A stretch of DNA of 62,021 nt, filler included, from an uncultured Chlamydiae bacterium (GCA_937899275.1; 3 parts of 3 records of this genome joined end to end with filler, not necessarily neighbours in it), one strand, 5' to 3'; positions 44,128 through 54,995 are shown, counted from the first letter of the whole stretch. Numbers and translations are program-made. The notes: generated by a model not told the origin, from the sequence alone.

Positions 44128-45153
44128 TTAGGGAGCCAATTTATATTCAATGCCGATCCCCTCTCTTTTTTTCGAGAAAATCCCTTGAACGCAAGAGGAA
44201 GAAGCATTGGATAAAAACTCAGATAGCCACTGTTTTTTTTGTTTGATTTCTGCTACCTGGTAGGGTTTTTTCACATCAATTTCTGCCGCTTCTAAAAGAG
44301 CTTTAAGCGCATCTTTATAAGACATAGCATCTTGATCGATGTAGCCGAGTTTTTTCGCTGTTGGAGCGTCAAATATTTTCGCTCCGTACTCTTCTACAAG
44401 TTCTTTTTTATCGATGTTTGGCCTGTTTTCTACAACTAGATCCACAAAGGTATTGTAGTAGTAAGCCATGATGCTTTCAAACATTTCTCCTTCCGACTCT
44501 TTCCAAGGGCGAAGAGGATTGAAGGTATCTTTATCTGTACCTTCTGTTAATGTTTTTGAGCCGATATTCCAATTTTTTAGTAGTTGAGAGAAGTTGAAAA
44601 ATGGTCCAAATACGATACCTACCGATCCGATGATAGAAGAGGAGGAAGAATAAATTTGATCCGCGCTGCAGCTGATGTACATACCCCCAGAAGCGCAAAG
44701 GCCATCAACATAAGCATACACAGGAACGTTGTGCGTTTTTTTGTACTCTTTGATAAGCCTGTAAATGCGATCCGAGTCAAATACAGTGCCTCCAGGTGTG
44801 TTTACAGAGAGAAGAATAGCTTTTACGCGGTCTCCTGAAAACATCCCTTTTCTTGATTCAATCAGCTGCCTTTCGATTTCTTTTGCAAGGACGCCTTCTT
44901 CATCACCAATTGTTCCTTCGATGCTCAGCTGTAGGACAACAGGTGTGGTGGGGCCTTGCATTTTAGCGCTGCCATTTAAATCGGGTAGAAAAGCGACTTC
45001 TGCTTTACTCACTTCCACTTGCCCTGAAGGAATCAAAGAAGCAAATAAAAAAATGATGGGTAGAAAAGAAAAAAAGACGCCGATCATACCAGCAAATGCT
45101 TTACAAAAGCTGCGAATAGCGCTAGAAAAAATTGATTCGTGGACGGGTTCCAT
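44128..45153 (-). CDS. sohB: S49 family peptidase (SppA/SohB-like)
   Basis: N-terminal TM; VNTPGG, CASGGMYIS, GSVGI. Confidence 0.85.
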   Translation of the reverse strand: MEPVHESIFSSAIRSFCKAFAGMIGVFFSFLPIIFLFASLIPSGQVEVSKAEVAFLPDLNGSAKMQGPTTPVVLQLSIEGTIGDEEGVLAKEIERQLIESRKGMFSGDRVKAILLSVNTPGGTVFDSDRIYRLIKEYKKTHNVPVYAYVDGLCASGGMYISCSADQIYSSSSSIIGSVGIVFGPFFNFSQLLKNWNIGSKTLTEGTDKDTFNPLRPWKESEGEMFESIMAYYYNTFVDLVVENRPNIDKKELVEEYGAKIFDAPTAKKLGYIDQDAMSYKDALKALLEAAEIDVKKPYQVAEIKQKKQWLSEFLSNASSSCVQGIFSKKREGIGIEYKLAP

Positions 45154-45176
45154 GTATGCACCTTTAAGTTAGAAAA

Positions 45177-45686
45177 TCAAGTAGATGTAGAGGCTTTTAC
45201 GCTAATAGCTAAAAGCTCCATAAAGGCAAAAATGCCAAATACAATAAAAATCATATACAACCCTTGAGGAAAAGTATAGCCCAAAGTGAGCCCTCCAAGA
45301 ACAAGAAATTGTAAGGCGGTGGTGATTTTGCCAAAACGTACAGATTGAAATTTGTAGGTTTTCCACTTGTTGCTGTAGTGAAGATAAGCGCCATGCGCGA
45401 TAAGAAAAAAGTCTCGCGATACCATAGCAAGGCAAGCCCAAAGGGGTAGTGCATTTTCCTGTAAAAACACAAGAAGAGCAAAGTAGACAAAAAATTTATC
45501 CATTAAAGGATCGATAATTGCGCCAAAAAGTGAAGTAGAGTGGGTTTTTCTAGCGATGTATCCATCAATACTATCGGTTAGCATAGCAAGAAATACGGCA
45601 ACCATACGAAGAAAGGGATCTTGCTGTAAAAAAACAAAAGCAAGAGGCGCTCGGATAAGGGATAAGGCGTTGGATACTATAGGCAT
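45177..45686 (-). CDS. pgsA: CDP-alcohol phosphatidyltransferase (PgsA-like)
   Basis: TDSIDGYIARK...FGAIIDPLMDK signature. Confidence 0.88.
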   Translation of the reverse strand: MPIVSNALSLIRAPLAFVFLQQDPFLRMVAVFLAMLTDSIDGYIARKTHSTSLFGAIIDPLMDKFFVYFALLVFLQENALPLWACLAMVSRDFFLIAHGAYLHYSNKWKTYKFQSVRFGKITTALQFLVLGGLTLGYTFPQGLYMIFIVFGIFAFMELLAISVKASTST

Positions 45687-45709
45687 GGTAAAAAATTAAA
45701 ACAGAGATC

Positions 45710-46333
45710 CTAAGGGATTTTTTGACTAAGATCGATTTGTTTTCTTCTTTTATACCAAATCAACCCAATTATCGTCACAATAAACAGTAGAAAAAGCGCT
45801 ATATTGAACCTTTTTAGGTAGGTCAGCAAAAGATGAATATTTTTATTGAAGAGATAGGTAAGGCAAAATAACGTGGTATTTGATAGCGCGCAGGCGATCC
45901 CATCGCTGATCAAAAACCGGTGAAAGGGCATTTTCCCCATGCCCGCGCTGATAAATAAGCAGTTTCTTACGCCAAAGGGGATGAATCTTCCCACCAATAG
46001 CGTGAAAAAACCATATTTTTGGTAAAAATTTTGCGTCTGGATTAGGCGTTTTTCTGGGATTGTTTTAGCAAACCAGGGTATAGCCCATAGTTTTCGACCA
46101 AACTTTCTGCCAATCCAGTAGGATATCCAGTCAGATAAATAGCATCCTAAAAAGGTGGCAAAAAATAGAATGTAGGTGTGTTCAGGCACTGCGCTTGCTG
46201 CCAAAGAAGCCGCGATAATGATCATTAGATCTTCTGATATGGGAACGTTAAAGCCTGCAGCAATTAAGCAAAAAAAGATGATGTAATGGGCGATTTGCGC
46301 GTTTTGATAAAAAAATTCAATCCAGGATTCCAT
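45710..46333 (-). CDS. DedA family membrane protein
   Basis: PISED, SYWIGR, GRFIPFGVRN, SAGM. Confidence 0.9.
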   Translation of the reverse strand: MESWIEFFYQNAQIAHYIIFFCLIAAGFNVPISEDLMIIIAASLAASAVPEHTYILFFATFLGCYLSDWISYWIGRKFGRKLWAIPWFAKTIPEKRLIQTQNFYQKYGFFTLLVGRFIPFGVRNCLFISAGMGKMPFHRFLISDGIACALSNTTLFCLTYLFNKNIHLLLTYLKRFNIALFLLFIVTIIGLIWYKRRKQIDLSQKIP

Positions 46334-46380
46334 AGTAGATTTCCGTGCTAGTAATTGTAGCGCTTTTTATCCCACATAGA

Positions 46381-47916
46381 TTACGCGTTTGCCCGAGATG
46401 CTTCTGGAGAAACGGGTAAAGGGGGTTTTTCTTCAGTGACAGAGGAGAATTTTTTTCCTAAAGAAAAGACAGATCCAATCCAAAGAGCGGCCGTGCCAAA
46501 AAACATCAAAGCAACAACAGGTGTTGCGGCAGAGGCGGTGCCGAAAATCAGAAAAAGAGCTTGGTGTAGAAGGGAGCCTCCTGATTTTCCTAGGCGGGAG
46601 CCTACGCCATCGATTGCAGATTTTCCTTTCAATTTGCATTCTTTACTTAGTGGAACAAAAGAAAGCTCTTTTGTTGCATCAAAAAGAGTGTATTTAGATG
46701 CTCTTGCAAGGCAGTTTTGGATTGTTCCTAAGATCACGCTTAGGAAAAGGGGAGATGTTCCTAGCGCTAAAGTAAAGTAGTTGAGTCCCATACCTTGTGA
46801 TAAAACAACAAAGAAAAAACAAGCGCCAGTGCCTAACATGACAATAGGGGGGATTAAAGCGCAGGTAGTCCAGCTAAATAGCCTGAGTAAAGACCCTGTA
46901 ATGAATAATGAGGTAAATGTAGCCAGCATGCCCGTATACGTCATTACGCTTCCCATGAAGTAGTTGAAGTCGCTAGGATCGGGATAGAGCTCTTTTAGCT
47001 GGTTTTTCCATACAACCTCTACTAAATTGATCGACAAGTTGTAGGTCAGTACAATCATCGCGATGCAGATGAGGTATTTTGAATTGGAAAGATAACGAAA
47101 ATTTTCAGCTAAAGATAGTTTGATTTTTGCAGCTTTTTTAGGAGCTGCTGCAGGTTCAAACAGCACGTTTTTATGCATTCTACGAAATAGATAAAGAATA
47201 ATGATGCCGCAGAGTAAAATTGTGGTGTTGAGCATAAAGACCGACTGCTCCCAGGCAGTAGATCCGTAGGGTAAAGAAGGTATAAATGTATTACTAGAGA
47301 GTAATGTAATTGCCTGTCCTGCAAAAATACCTGAAATATTTGCTCCTAAGCTAAATAACCCGTAAAAGCGCTTCGCTTCTTTCAGGTTGGTTACCTGGTT
47401 TGCAAAGCCCCAAAAAAGCATGGATAAAATGATGGCGCTCCATAACTCGCTCATCACATAAAATGCTGAAAACACCCAATTGCGAAAAAGCGCTACAAAA
47501 CCCTTTAGTCCTAACGGTAAATAACTTTGTACCTGGTCGGCAAAAGCGTGGGGATGAAGAGCTTCTCGGTTGGGATAAAGAAAAAAGGTAAAAATAAAGA
47601 AAAACCCTAAAAAGATGCTAAGCATTGCATAAAAAGATTTTTCTCTAGAAAACCGGTTGGATATTTTAGTAAAGACGTACGTCATAACTACAGCCATAGG
47701 TAGCATGAACCATACCTTAATGAACGGGATCGCTTCAGCTCCAGAGGCTTTTGCAGTGACAAGCATCGTGTCTTTTGACGCTCGAAGTAGATTGTAGACA
47801 AATGAAATTAAGAAAAAGATGAGGAACATAGGAACAAATTTTTTCAATTCTTTTCCATGTATAGGCCATAGAAATGAACGAAATTTGCCGAATGCCTCTT
47901 CTTCTTTAACTTGCAT
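46381..47916 (-). CDS. Npt1/Npt2-family nucleotide (ATP/ADP or NTP) transporter
   Basis: LWPIHGKELKKFVPM, FYVMSELW, FWGFAN, AKRFY, LVEVVWK, KYTLFDATKE, GSRLGKSGG. Confidence 0.95.
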   Translation of the reverse strand: MQVKEEEAFGKFRSFLWPIHGKELKKFVPMFLIFFLISFVYNLLRASKDTMLVTAKASGAEAIPFIKVWFMLPMAVVMTYVFTKISNRFSREKSFYAMLSIFLGFFFIFTFFLYPNREALHPHAFADQVQSYLPLGLKGFVALFRNWVFSAFYVMSELWSAIILSMLFWGFANQVTNLKEAKRFYGLFSLGANISGIFAGQAITLLSSNTFIPSLPYGSTAWEQSVFMLNTTILLCGIIILYLFRRMHKNVLFEPAAAPKKAAKIKLSLAENFRYLSNSKYLICIAMIVLTYNLSINLVEVVWKNQLKELYPDPSDFNYFMGSVMTYTGMLATFTSLFITGSLLRLFSWTTCALIPPIVMLGTGACFFFVVLSQGMGLNYFTLALGTSPLFLSVILGTIQNCLARASKYTLFDATKELSFVPLSKECKLKGKSAIDGVGSRLGKSGGSLLHQALFLIFGTASAATPVVALMFFGTAALWIGSVFSLGKKFSSVTEEKPPLPVSPEASRANA

Positions 47917-48133
47917 GGCAGATCTTTGGGGATGAAGTCAAAAAATGTTGTATATAGATAAACAGATTAGAAAAAGAGTCGAGACTCAAAGTGGTGGGGG
48001 GACTATCATTTGTCAGCATAAAGATAGGTAGTTACGCACTAAGGGTTTATAATAGGTTTATGGGATGAAATCCCTAATTTCTCATTCTTTGCTTAAATTA
48101 TGGGAGATTGCTGGTTTTAGGTAAAGGACCAAT

Positions 48134-49336
48134 TTACCGATCAGTTAGAATATCTACGCAGGGCAAATGGCCAAACTCGATGAATTCTAAAGAAGCTCCT
48201 CCTCCAGTAGATACATGGGTAAATTGGGGTAGTAGGCCTAGTTGTTGGATCGCGCTTACAGAATCGCCTCCCCCTACAATTGTTGTGGCAATGGATTGGG
48301 CTAAAAACTGGGCCATTTCATAGGTGCTATCGGCAAATTGTGGGTATTCAAAAGCGCCTAAAGGTCCATTCCAAAAAATTGTTTGCGCGTTTTGCAGCGC
48401 CTCTTTCCAATCAGCGCAGGTTTTAGGGCCAACGCTTACACCTTGCCATCCGTCGGGTATCGCATCTTTTCCATTAATGATCTGGGTTTCCGCTTCATTT
48501 GATAGTGATTCTGCAATCACAATATCTGATGGAAGCCAGAGCTTTACCGCTTTAGAAGAAGAGATTTTACTGATTTCTTTTGCATTTTCTATTTCAGAGT
48601 CTTCTACAATGGAGTCGCCTACTTTTTGACCATTTGCTTTGAGTAGGGTATACGACATCCCTCCACCAATAAAAAGTCCATCGACTTTTTCAATTAAATT
48701 ACGGATGAGTCCTAGTTTCGAAGAGATTTTGGCCCCTCCAATAATTGCAAAAAAAGGGCGTTTAGGACGTTCGAATACGTTGCCTAAAAAGGCGATTTCT
48801 TTTTCGACTAAAAACCCAGTAGCCGATTTTCCGTTAAATTGCTTAGCCACTTCGTAAGTCGATGTGTGTTTTCTATGTGATGTGCCAAAAGCTTCGTTGA
48901 TATAGACATCGCCTAATTTCGCGAGTTTTTCTGCAAATGAGGGATCTTTTTCTGGGCATTTTTCTGCTTCGTAAAAACGGAGGTTTTCTAGGAGTAAAAT
49001 CTCTTTTGGCTGCAGATTTTCTGCCATCGCTTCTACTTTAGGTCCAATGCAGTCTTCTGCAAATAAGACGGGCATCTCTAAAAGCTCTTCTAACCGTTTG
49101 GCAATCGGTTGTAACGAAAGGCGGGCCTCTTTTTTGCCCTTAGGTCTTCCAAGGTGACTCATGAGCACAAGCGAGCCGCCTTGATTGACCACGTATTGAA
49201 TCGAGGTAAGCGCTGCTTTGATTCTTGAATCATCAGCAATGGCTCCTTCTCTTGTTAAAGGCACGTTAAAGTCAACGCGCATGAGCACTTGCTGGTCTTT
49301 GAGTTGTAAGTCTTGGATCGAGAATTTATTCATCAT
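48134..49336 (-). CDS. pgk: Phosphoglycerate kinase
   Basis: RVDFNVP, SHLGRP, LLENLRF, GGAK, WNGPLG, STGGGASLE. Confidence 0.98.
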   Translation of the reverse strand: MMNKFSIQDLQLKDQQVLMRVDFNVPLTREGAIADDSRIKAALTSIQYVVNQGGSLVLMSHLGRPKGKKEARLSLQPIAKRLEELLEMPVLFAEDCIGPKVEAMAENLQPKEILLLENLRFYEAEKCPEKDPSFAEKLAKLGDVYINEAFGTSHRKHTSTYEVAKQFNGKSATGFLVEKEIAFLGNVFERPKRPFFAIIGGAKISSKLGLIRNLIEKVDGLFIGGGMSYTLLKANGQKVGDSIVEDSEIENAKEISKISSSKAVKLWLPSDIVIAESLSNEAETQIINGKDAIPDGWQGVSVGPKTCADWKEALQNAQTIFWNGPLGAFEYPQFADSTYEMAQFLAQSIATTIVGGGDSVSAIQQLGLLPQFTHVSTGGGASLEFIEFGHLPCVDILTDR

Positions 49337-49400
49337 ACAATAAAAAACTGTAAATCGCCTAATTGCATAAAGTCAAGTACTCTTCACTTGCACTCTTGTG

Positions 49401-50150
49401 TTACAGCGAACTAAACGGGTTGGACGCTTGATAAAAAGATAGGTTTTTTCTTCTGGCTTTCAGCTCTGTTCGTATCGAAAATAAAAGGTCTTCATCAAAA
49501 TCTTTTTTTACCGCCCATTTTAAGTACTCAAGTGGGATCTCAGCAAAAGGCCTACCTTTATGCTTGCCTAAAGGCATCCTCGCGAGTTTGATGGGTTTTT
49601 GCAGAATTTTTTGTATCTGTTCGGTCGTTTTATACGGTTTTGCTAGCTTTTTGAATACCTCGATATTGACGACAACATCGTTCATTGCTCTATGCGCGCC
49701 TTCAAATTGAATTTGGAAGTGCTCGCGTAGTTTTTCAAGGGAATTGATGGGGCTTTCGCCGTAAAGCCGCGCAAGGCGGAGCGTATCGATGTATTCTGGT
49801 CGGGAAAAAGGGGGGACTATGCCATTTTTTTCACAGGCGCTAAGTACCGCTTCTATATCGAAAGGAATCCCGTGACCTACAATGACATGTCCTTTCAAAA
49901 GCTCTAAGGCCTGTGGCAAGACCTCCTTGATTTTAGGCATGCCTTTTACCATGCTTTGATCGATATTATGAATCTTCGTAGATTCTTCTGGAATAGCCCT
50001 ACCTGGATCGATGAGCGACTCGAAGGTGTCGATGATCCCATCAAATGTAAATACTGCGATTGCCACTTCGATGATGGCATCATTTTTGGGATCGAGTCCG
50101 GTGGTTTCTAAATCCATACACACGAAAGTGTCTTTATGTAAAAGTCCCAT
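49401..50150 (-). CDS. DnaQ-like 3'-5' exonuclease with C-terminal DUF3820-like domain
   Basis: DLETTG, GHGIPFD, HRAMND; MPLGKHKG...IPLEYLKW. Confidence 0.88.
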   Translation of the reverse strand: MGLLHKDTFVCMDLETTGLDPKNDAIIEVAIAVFTFDGIIDTFESLIDPGRAIPEESTKIHNIDQSMVKGMPKIKEVLPQALELLKGHVIVGHGIPFDIEAVLSACEKNGIVPPFSRPEYIDTLRLARLYGESPINSLEKLREHFQIQFEGAHRAMNDVVVNIEVFKKLAKPYKTTEQIQKILQKPIKLARMPLGKHKGRPFAEIPLEYLKWAVKKDFDEDLLFSIRTELKARRKNLSFYQASNPFSSL

Positions 50151-50724
50151 TTTTTAACCTATATAAGAGCTGTGTTTTCCCCGCTATGTCGCGAATTGAA
50201 TACAGAATCATTGAAGCGGGATCTTCTTTTAATATTTGAGCGATCTTCTGTTTTTGCGCGTTTTGCTGGGGTAAGGAGAGTTTGTCTGCTTTTGTAAGAA
50301 GGATAATGTAGGGCGAATCTGTTTTTTTTAGCCAGTCATGAAACAAAAGATCTAAAGGACTGGGTGGGTGCCTGCTATCGAGTAGAAAAAGAATACAGTG
50401 GAGCCTAGGGTTATTTTCCAGAACGCTTTCTGCGCTTTTCTTCCAAGAAAAACGCTCTTTTTTCGAGGTTTTCGCAAAGCCGTAACCAGGTAGGTCGATC
50501 CATAGGCCCAGTTTTGTGGAAAAACATTGTAATAGGCTTGTTTTCCCAGGTGTTCCAGAGGTTTTTGCGATATTTTTTATGGGGAAGAAGTGGTTTATTA
50601 AACTCGATTTTCCCACATTGGATCTTCCCACAAGAACGGTTTGCGGCTCATTTTTTTGGTCGGGATGCTTTTTTAAAAAGTCGGCAATATGAGTTGCAGA
50701 GGAAAGAAACTTTATGAAAGCCAA
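50134..50724 (-). CDS. engB: Ribosome biogenesis GTPase EngB/YihA
   Basis: GRSNVGKSSLIN, TPGKT, DLPGYG, TKADK. Confidence 0.95.
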   Translation of the reverse strand: MAFIKFLSSATHIADFLKKHPDQKNEPQTVLVGRSNVGKSSLINHFFPIKNIAKTSGTPGKTSLLQCFSTKLGLWIDLPGYGFAKTSKKERFSWKKSAESVLENNPRLHCILFLLDSRHPPSPLDLLFHDWLKKTDSPYIILLTKADKLSLPQQNAQKQKIAQILKEDPASMILYSIRDIAGKTQLLYRLKNGTFT

Positions 50725-51185
50725 GTAATCTTCCTTGTAGTGTCATCGACAATTTCTAGTTGAAATAGGGTCAAAGAGTCGGGCAGAAGGCTGCGAATGC
50801 GCCCTGGCCATTCAATTAGGCAGACCGCATTTTGCTCTATGTAATCCATGAGGCCAAGTTCAGCAAAGGCTTCTTGATTTGGAATGCGGTAGCAGTCAAA
50901 ATGGTACACAAGAAAAGGGCCCTCATATACATGCATATACGCATAAGTGGGGCTAGTAATCGAGCTCGGCTCAAATCCAGATGCGCTCAATAAGGAGCGT
51001 ATAAAAGTGGTTTTACCCGCTCCGAGATCTCCCTGAAACCCTGCAATCCAATGGGGGGAGCTATTTTTTTTTGTAGAAATACCTGTGGAATCGCTATTTT
51101 TAGGAGAGAGAAATTCTTGAGCGATAGACCTTGCAAAAGCCGGCATATCAGATAGTGACACGGTCGTTGAAGGCATATCCCTCAC
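50712..51185 (-). CDS. tsaE: tRNA threonylcarbamoyladenosine biosynthesis ATPase TsaE
   Basis: GDLGAGKTTF, TSPTY, YHFDCYR, LIEWP. Confidence 0.95.
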   Translation of the reverse strand: MRDMPSTTVSLSDMPAFARSIAQEFLSPKNSDSTGISTKKNSSPHWIAGFQGDLGAGKTTFIRSLLSASGFEPSSITSPTYAYMHVYEGPFLVYHFDCYRIPNQEAFAELGLMDYIEQNAVCLIEWPGRIRSLLPDSLTLFQLEIVDDTTRKITWLS

Positions 51186-51901
51186 CCTGTCCAGCGCTTA
51201 ATGTAGGAAGAAAATTCCCGAAACTCTGATAGGTCTTCCACAAACTCGGTGATTTTTTCTTCTGTCAAATGCCTTTGGATGAATTCTAACAGAGTCTCTT
51301 CAATCGAATAGCGATTTTGGTTTTGTACTTCAAAAAGAGAAAGCGCTTTTACATGATTGTGTTTGAAGTCGTCGATCACCGCTTTTTTGCTATTGAAGAG
51401 CTTACCTGTGATGACAGATGAGTAGACGACTTTTTTAATCGGGGCCTTCCTTTCTTTAATGTAGCTTTGGATCACTTCTGGATCTTCAGATACAAAAAAT
51501 CTTTTTGAGGGAAGCCCAGCTGTCCTATCTCGATTTTCTGGACATTTCGAAATCCAATCGTAAATGGCGTCTTGGGGGTTGGGATGGGTGTTGTCGCCAA
51601 AAACTTTACCTGTAAAAGGGCAAATGTAAATTTTCTTTGTATCTTTATTAACGCTTTCTTTGCCGAATTGGATGGAGATTTCTGTTTCGTGCCAGAGTTT
51701 ATTTTCCGCTTCGAGTTTTTGAATGAGCGCATCTAAGCTTTCATAAATGGTTTTTTCCTTAGGAAAAAGAATAGGCTTGAGTTTAAATTTTTTCTGTACA
51801 AAGAACAAATAAACATGAATCAAGTCGGCAGATTTGGTGCGTTTAAGATGCTCTAAAAGACTTGCTTTTAGTTCACTAGAAATCTTTTCTTTGTTCATCA
51901 A
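51182..51901 (-). CDS. Chlamydiae-conserved DUF2709-like protein
   Basis: IYICPFTGKVFGDNTHPNPQDAIYDWISKCP; upstream of tsaE as in chlamydial gene order. Confidence 0.8.
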   Translation of the reverse strand: MMNKEKISSELKASLLEHLKRTKSADLIHVYLFFVQKKFKLKPILFPKEKTIYESLDALIQKLEAENKLWHETEISIQFGKESVNKDTKKIYICPFTGKVFGDNTHPNPQDAIYDWISKCPENRDRTAGLPSKRFFVSEDPEVIQSYIKERKAPIKKVVYSSVITGKLFNSKKAVIDDFKHNHVKALSLFEVQNQNRYSIEETLLEFIQRHLTEEKITEFVEDLSEFREFSSYIKRWTG

Positions 51902-52108
51902 TTCTCCTCAATCAATCGTTTGATAGCTATATCTTTCATTATGGATATCTTACTAATTTACTCAGATTCTGAATAAGAATCAAGGAATGTAAAGTTGGGT
52001 AAACCCCGTAGAAATATTTGCGCTCATCTAGTGAACCTGATAAGATGAGCCCGTAATTTCCTAAGCTGTTTCTGGCTTATAACCATATCTTCAAAGTGAG
52101 GGTGCACC

Positions 52109-53251
52109 ATGTTTCAACTTACCTCAGATCAAATACGCAACAATATCTCATCTCTTCCTCAAGAATTTTCTGTAGATATTCTAGATATTCCAGGATATGA
52201 GCTCGTACTGTCCTGTACTCATGCCCCCTCTAAGTTGGATGCGATCATTGCGATCCATAGCCTCGATTTAGGCCCTTCTCTCGGAGGTATTCGTTATTTT
52301 TCTTATAAACACCGGCAAGAGGCTTTGCACGACGCGCTTCGCCTTTCAAAAGCGATGACGTATAAGTCGGCAACAGCAGGTGTGGGTATTGGCGGAGGAA
52401 AAAGCGTAATTATCGGAAAACCAGAGGACAAAACGCCTGCGCTTTTACACGCTTTTGCAGAATTTGTTAACGTATTAGAAGGTCGTTATATCGCAGCTAA
52501 AGATGTAGGGATGACCGAAAAAGATCTGCATATTGTAGAGGAAAAAACGCCTTATGTTGTCGGCTTAGATAAGCCCCACTCTAGTGGTAATCCCTCTCAT
52601 TTTACCGCTTGGGGCGTTTATATAGGGATGCGCTCTTTATGGAAAAAGATCACAGGCTCTACTTCTTTGCAGGGGGCATCTATAGCTATCCAAGGCCTTG
52701 GCAGTGTGGGGTGGCTAATAGCGGAAAGGCTTTTTTGGGAAGGTGCGGATCTACTTGTAAACGATATCGATCCAGGTAAGATGGAGCTTGCTTCTTTACA
52801 TTTTGGCGCGTCCATTGTTTCTGAAAAAAGTATTGCAACAACAAAGTGCGATATTTTTTGTCCTGCTGCTCTTGGAGCGGTTCTTTCATCAAAAAATATC
52901 CCTTTCCTTGACGCAAAGCTGATTGCAGGAGCGGCGAATAATCCCCTTACCGATAGCCAAGATGCGGAGATGTTAGAAGAAAGAGGTATTATCTACGCGC
53001 CTGATTACGTCATCAACGCAGGCGGCCTGTTTAATGTGGTCACCGAGCTTGATTCCTCTGGCTATTGCCCTGTTAAAGCGCGGGAAAGAACCTCACATTT
53101 AAGCCCTTCTTTAGTTTCTATTTTCGATAGCTCTCGAAAAAAGCGGATTTCTATGTTAAGCGCAGCGAAGTCTTTAGCGGAATACCGCCTGCAGTATAAT
53201 ATTGGTAGGCGACAAGAGCGCATCGATTTTCATAAAAGGACCATCTTATGA
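52109..53251 (+). CDS. ldh: Glu/Leu/Phe/Val dehydrogenase (leucine dehydrogenase-like)
   Basis: LGPSLGGIR, AMTYK, GGGKSVI, QGLGSVG, AGAANN, PDYVINAGG. Confidence 0.92.
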   Translation: MFQLTSDQIRNNISSLPQEFSVDILDIPGYELVLSCTHAPSKLDAIIAIHSLDLGPSLGGIRYFSYKHRQEALHDALRLSKAMTYKSATAGVGIGGGKSVIIGKPEDKTPALLHAFAEFVNVLEGRYIAAKDVGMTEKDLHIVEEKTPYVVGLDKPHSSGNPSHFTAWGVYIGMRSLWKKITGSTSLQGASIAIQGLGSVGWLIAERLFWEGADLLVNDIDPGKMELASLHFGASIVSEKSIATTKCDIFCPAALGAVLSSKNIPFLDAKLIAGAANNPLTDSQDAEMLEERGIIYAPDYVINAGGLFNVVTELDSSGYCPVKARERTSHLSPSLVSIFDSSRKKRISMLSAAKSLAEYRLQYNIGRRQERIDFHKRTIL

Positions 53252-54993
53252 ACCTATCTATACCGACACCTTCTTTACCCGAAATATTCCGCATGCAGCT
53301 GGAAAAAGCGCTGCAGCGCCTACCGCAAAACGAGGCAAAAAAAGTAGAAATTGAAGTCATGCCCTGCGCAAAAGAGCAGTTTGGCCATTATCAATCTAAT
53401 CTTGCCCTTAAGCTGGCAAAAATTCTGCAAAAACCGCCTATGGAGATCGCAGAGATGCTGGAAAAACTCTTAGATAAAGGGGAAGAAATCGCGCATGTTT
53501 CGGTGACTAAACCAGGGTTTATGAACGCAACTTTTGCAAAAGAGGCTCTTTCTAAAAGGGTGCATGCACTGCTTGAAGATCCTTTATTATGTGCAGCTAG
53601 GCCAAAGTCTCCCCAACGGATTATTGTGGAATTTTCCTCTCCAAATATTGCAAAAGAGCTTCATGTAGGGCACCTTCGCTCTACAATTATTGGGGAGAGT
53701 ATTGCACGCCTTCTTGCGTTTTTAGGCCACGATATTCTTCGGTTAAACCATGTGGGTGACTGGGGAACTCAGTTCGGTATGCTGATTGCTTATATCGATA
53801 AATACGCCGCTTTTGATACGGAAAAAAGTCCCAATTTAGAAACCCTCATGCACTGGTATAAAGAAGCAAAAAAGCAGTTCGATGCGGATCCTTCTTTTCG
53901 TACATCTTCACAGCAAGCTGTTGTTTCTTTGCAACAAGGAGATGCGCGCTCTTTAAATTTATGGAAAGCTATTTGTGCGATTTCTCGTACTGCATTTGAA
54001 GAGATTTATCAACTACTCGATGTGCATATTGAAGAGAGGGGAGAGTCGTTTTACAATCCACAGCTAGCTCCTATGGTAAAAGAGCTGGAAGAGCAGGGGA
54101 TGATCGAGATTTCTGATGGGGCAAAATGTATTTTCTTAGACGGATTTACCAACAGAGAAGGTAATCGTATGCCTTTTATGGTGCAAAAATCTGATGGAGG
54201 GTTCAATTACGATACCACCGATCTTGCCGCCTTAAAACACCGCGTTTTGGTAGAAAAAGCAGATAGAATCATTATTGTAACGGATCTGGGTCAAAGCCTG
54301 CATTTTCAGCTGCTATTTGCTGCGGGCAAACAAGTGGGTTACTACGATCCTTCTAAGGTGCAGGTAGATCATGTGGGTTTTGGACTGGTTTTAGGGGAAG
54401 ATGGCAAAAAATTTAAAACCCGCTCAGGTGAAACAAAAAAGCTTGTTGATCTTCTTAAAAATGCGGTGGTTTTTGCGCAAAAATTAGTCGATGAAAAAAG
54501 CCCTGATCTATCCCAATCGCAGCGGGAATCTTTAGCTAAAAGCTTAGGGATTTCTGCGGTAAAATATGCAGACCTTGCATCGCACAGGCAAAAAGACTAT
54601 ACATTTAGCTACGCTAGAATGCTCCGATTTGAAGGCAATACAGCTGTATTTCTTTTGTATTCATACGTGCGTATGTTGGGGATTCAAAGAAAAGTGCAGG
54701 CGAAAAAAACGCCGCCACTTTCGGTTACATTAACCCATCAGACAGAGATTTCTTTAGGGCTGCATCTCCTTAGGTTTTCTGAAGCTCTTGCCTTTGCAGA
54801 AAAGGAGCTGCATATGCATTATTTATGCGATTATCTCTACCATCTTGCTGAAAAGTTCAATGCGTTTTTTCGAGATTGCAGGGTAGAGGGTGCAAAAGAA
54901 GAACAGCAAAGGCTTCTTTTAGTGGAAGCATGCAGAAAAGTGCTGCAAAAAGGGCTGTACATTTTAGGTATTCCAACAGTAGACAGGATGTAG
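53248..54993 (+). CDS. argS: Arginine--tRNA ligase
   Basis: FSSPNIAKELHVGHLRS, NHVGDWGTQFG, KFKTR, GNTAVFLLY. Confidence 0.98.
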   Translation: MNLSIPTPSLPEIFRMQLEKALQRLPQNEAKKVEIEVMPCAKEQFGHYQSNLALKLAKILQKPPMEIAEMLEKLLDKGEEIAHVSVTKPGFMNATFAKEALSKRVHALLEDPLLCAARPKSPQRIIVEFSSPNIAKELHVGHLRSTIIGESIARLLAFLGHDILRLNHVGDWGTQFGMLIAYIDKYAAFDTEKSPNLETLMHWYKEAKKQFDADPSFRTSSQQAVVSLQQGDARSLNLWKAICAISRTAFEEIYQLLDVHIEERGESFYNPQLAPMVKELEEQGMIEISDGAKCIFLDGFTNREGNRMPFMVQKSDGGFNYDTTDLAALKHRVLVEKADRIIIVTDLGQSLHFQLLFAAGKQVGYYDPSKVQVDHVGFGLVLGEDGKKFKTRSGETKKLVDLLKNAVVFAQKLVDEKSPDLSQSQRESLAKSLGISAVKYADLASHRQKDYTFSYARMLRFEGNTAVFLLYSYVRMLGIQRKVQAKKTPPLSVTLTHQTEISLGLHLLRFSEALAFAEKELHMHYLCDYLYHLAEKFNAFFRDCRVEGAKEEQQRLLLVEACRKVLQKGLYILGIPTVDRM

Positions 54994-54995
54994 GT

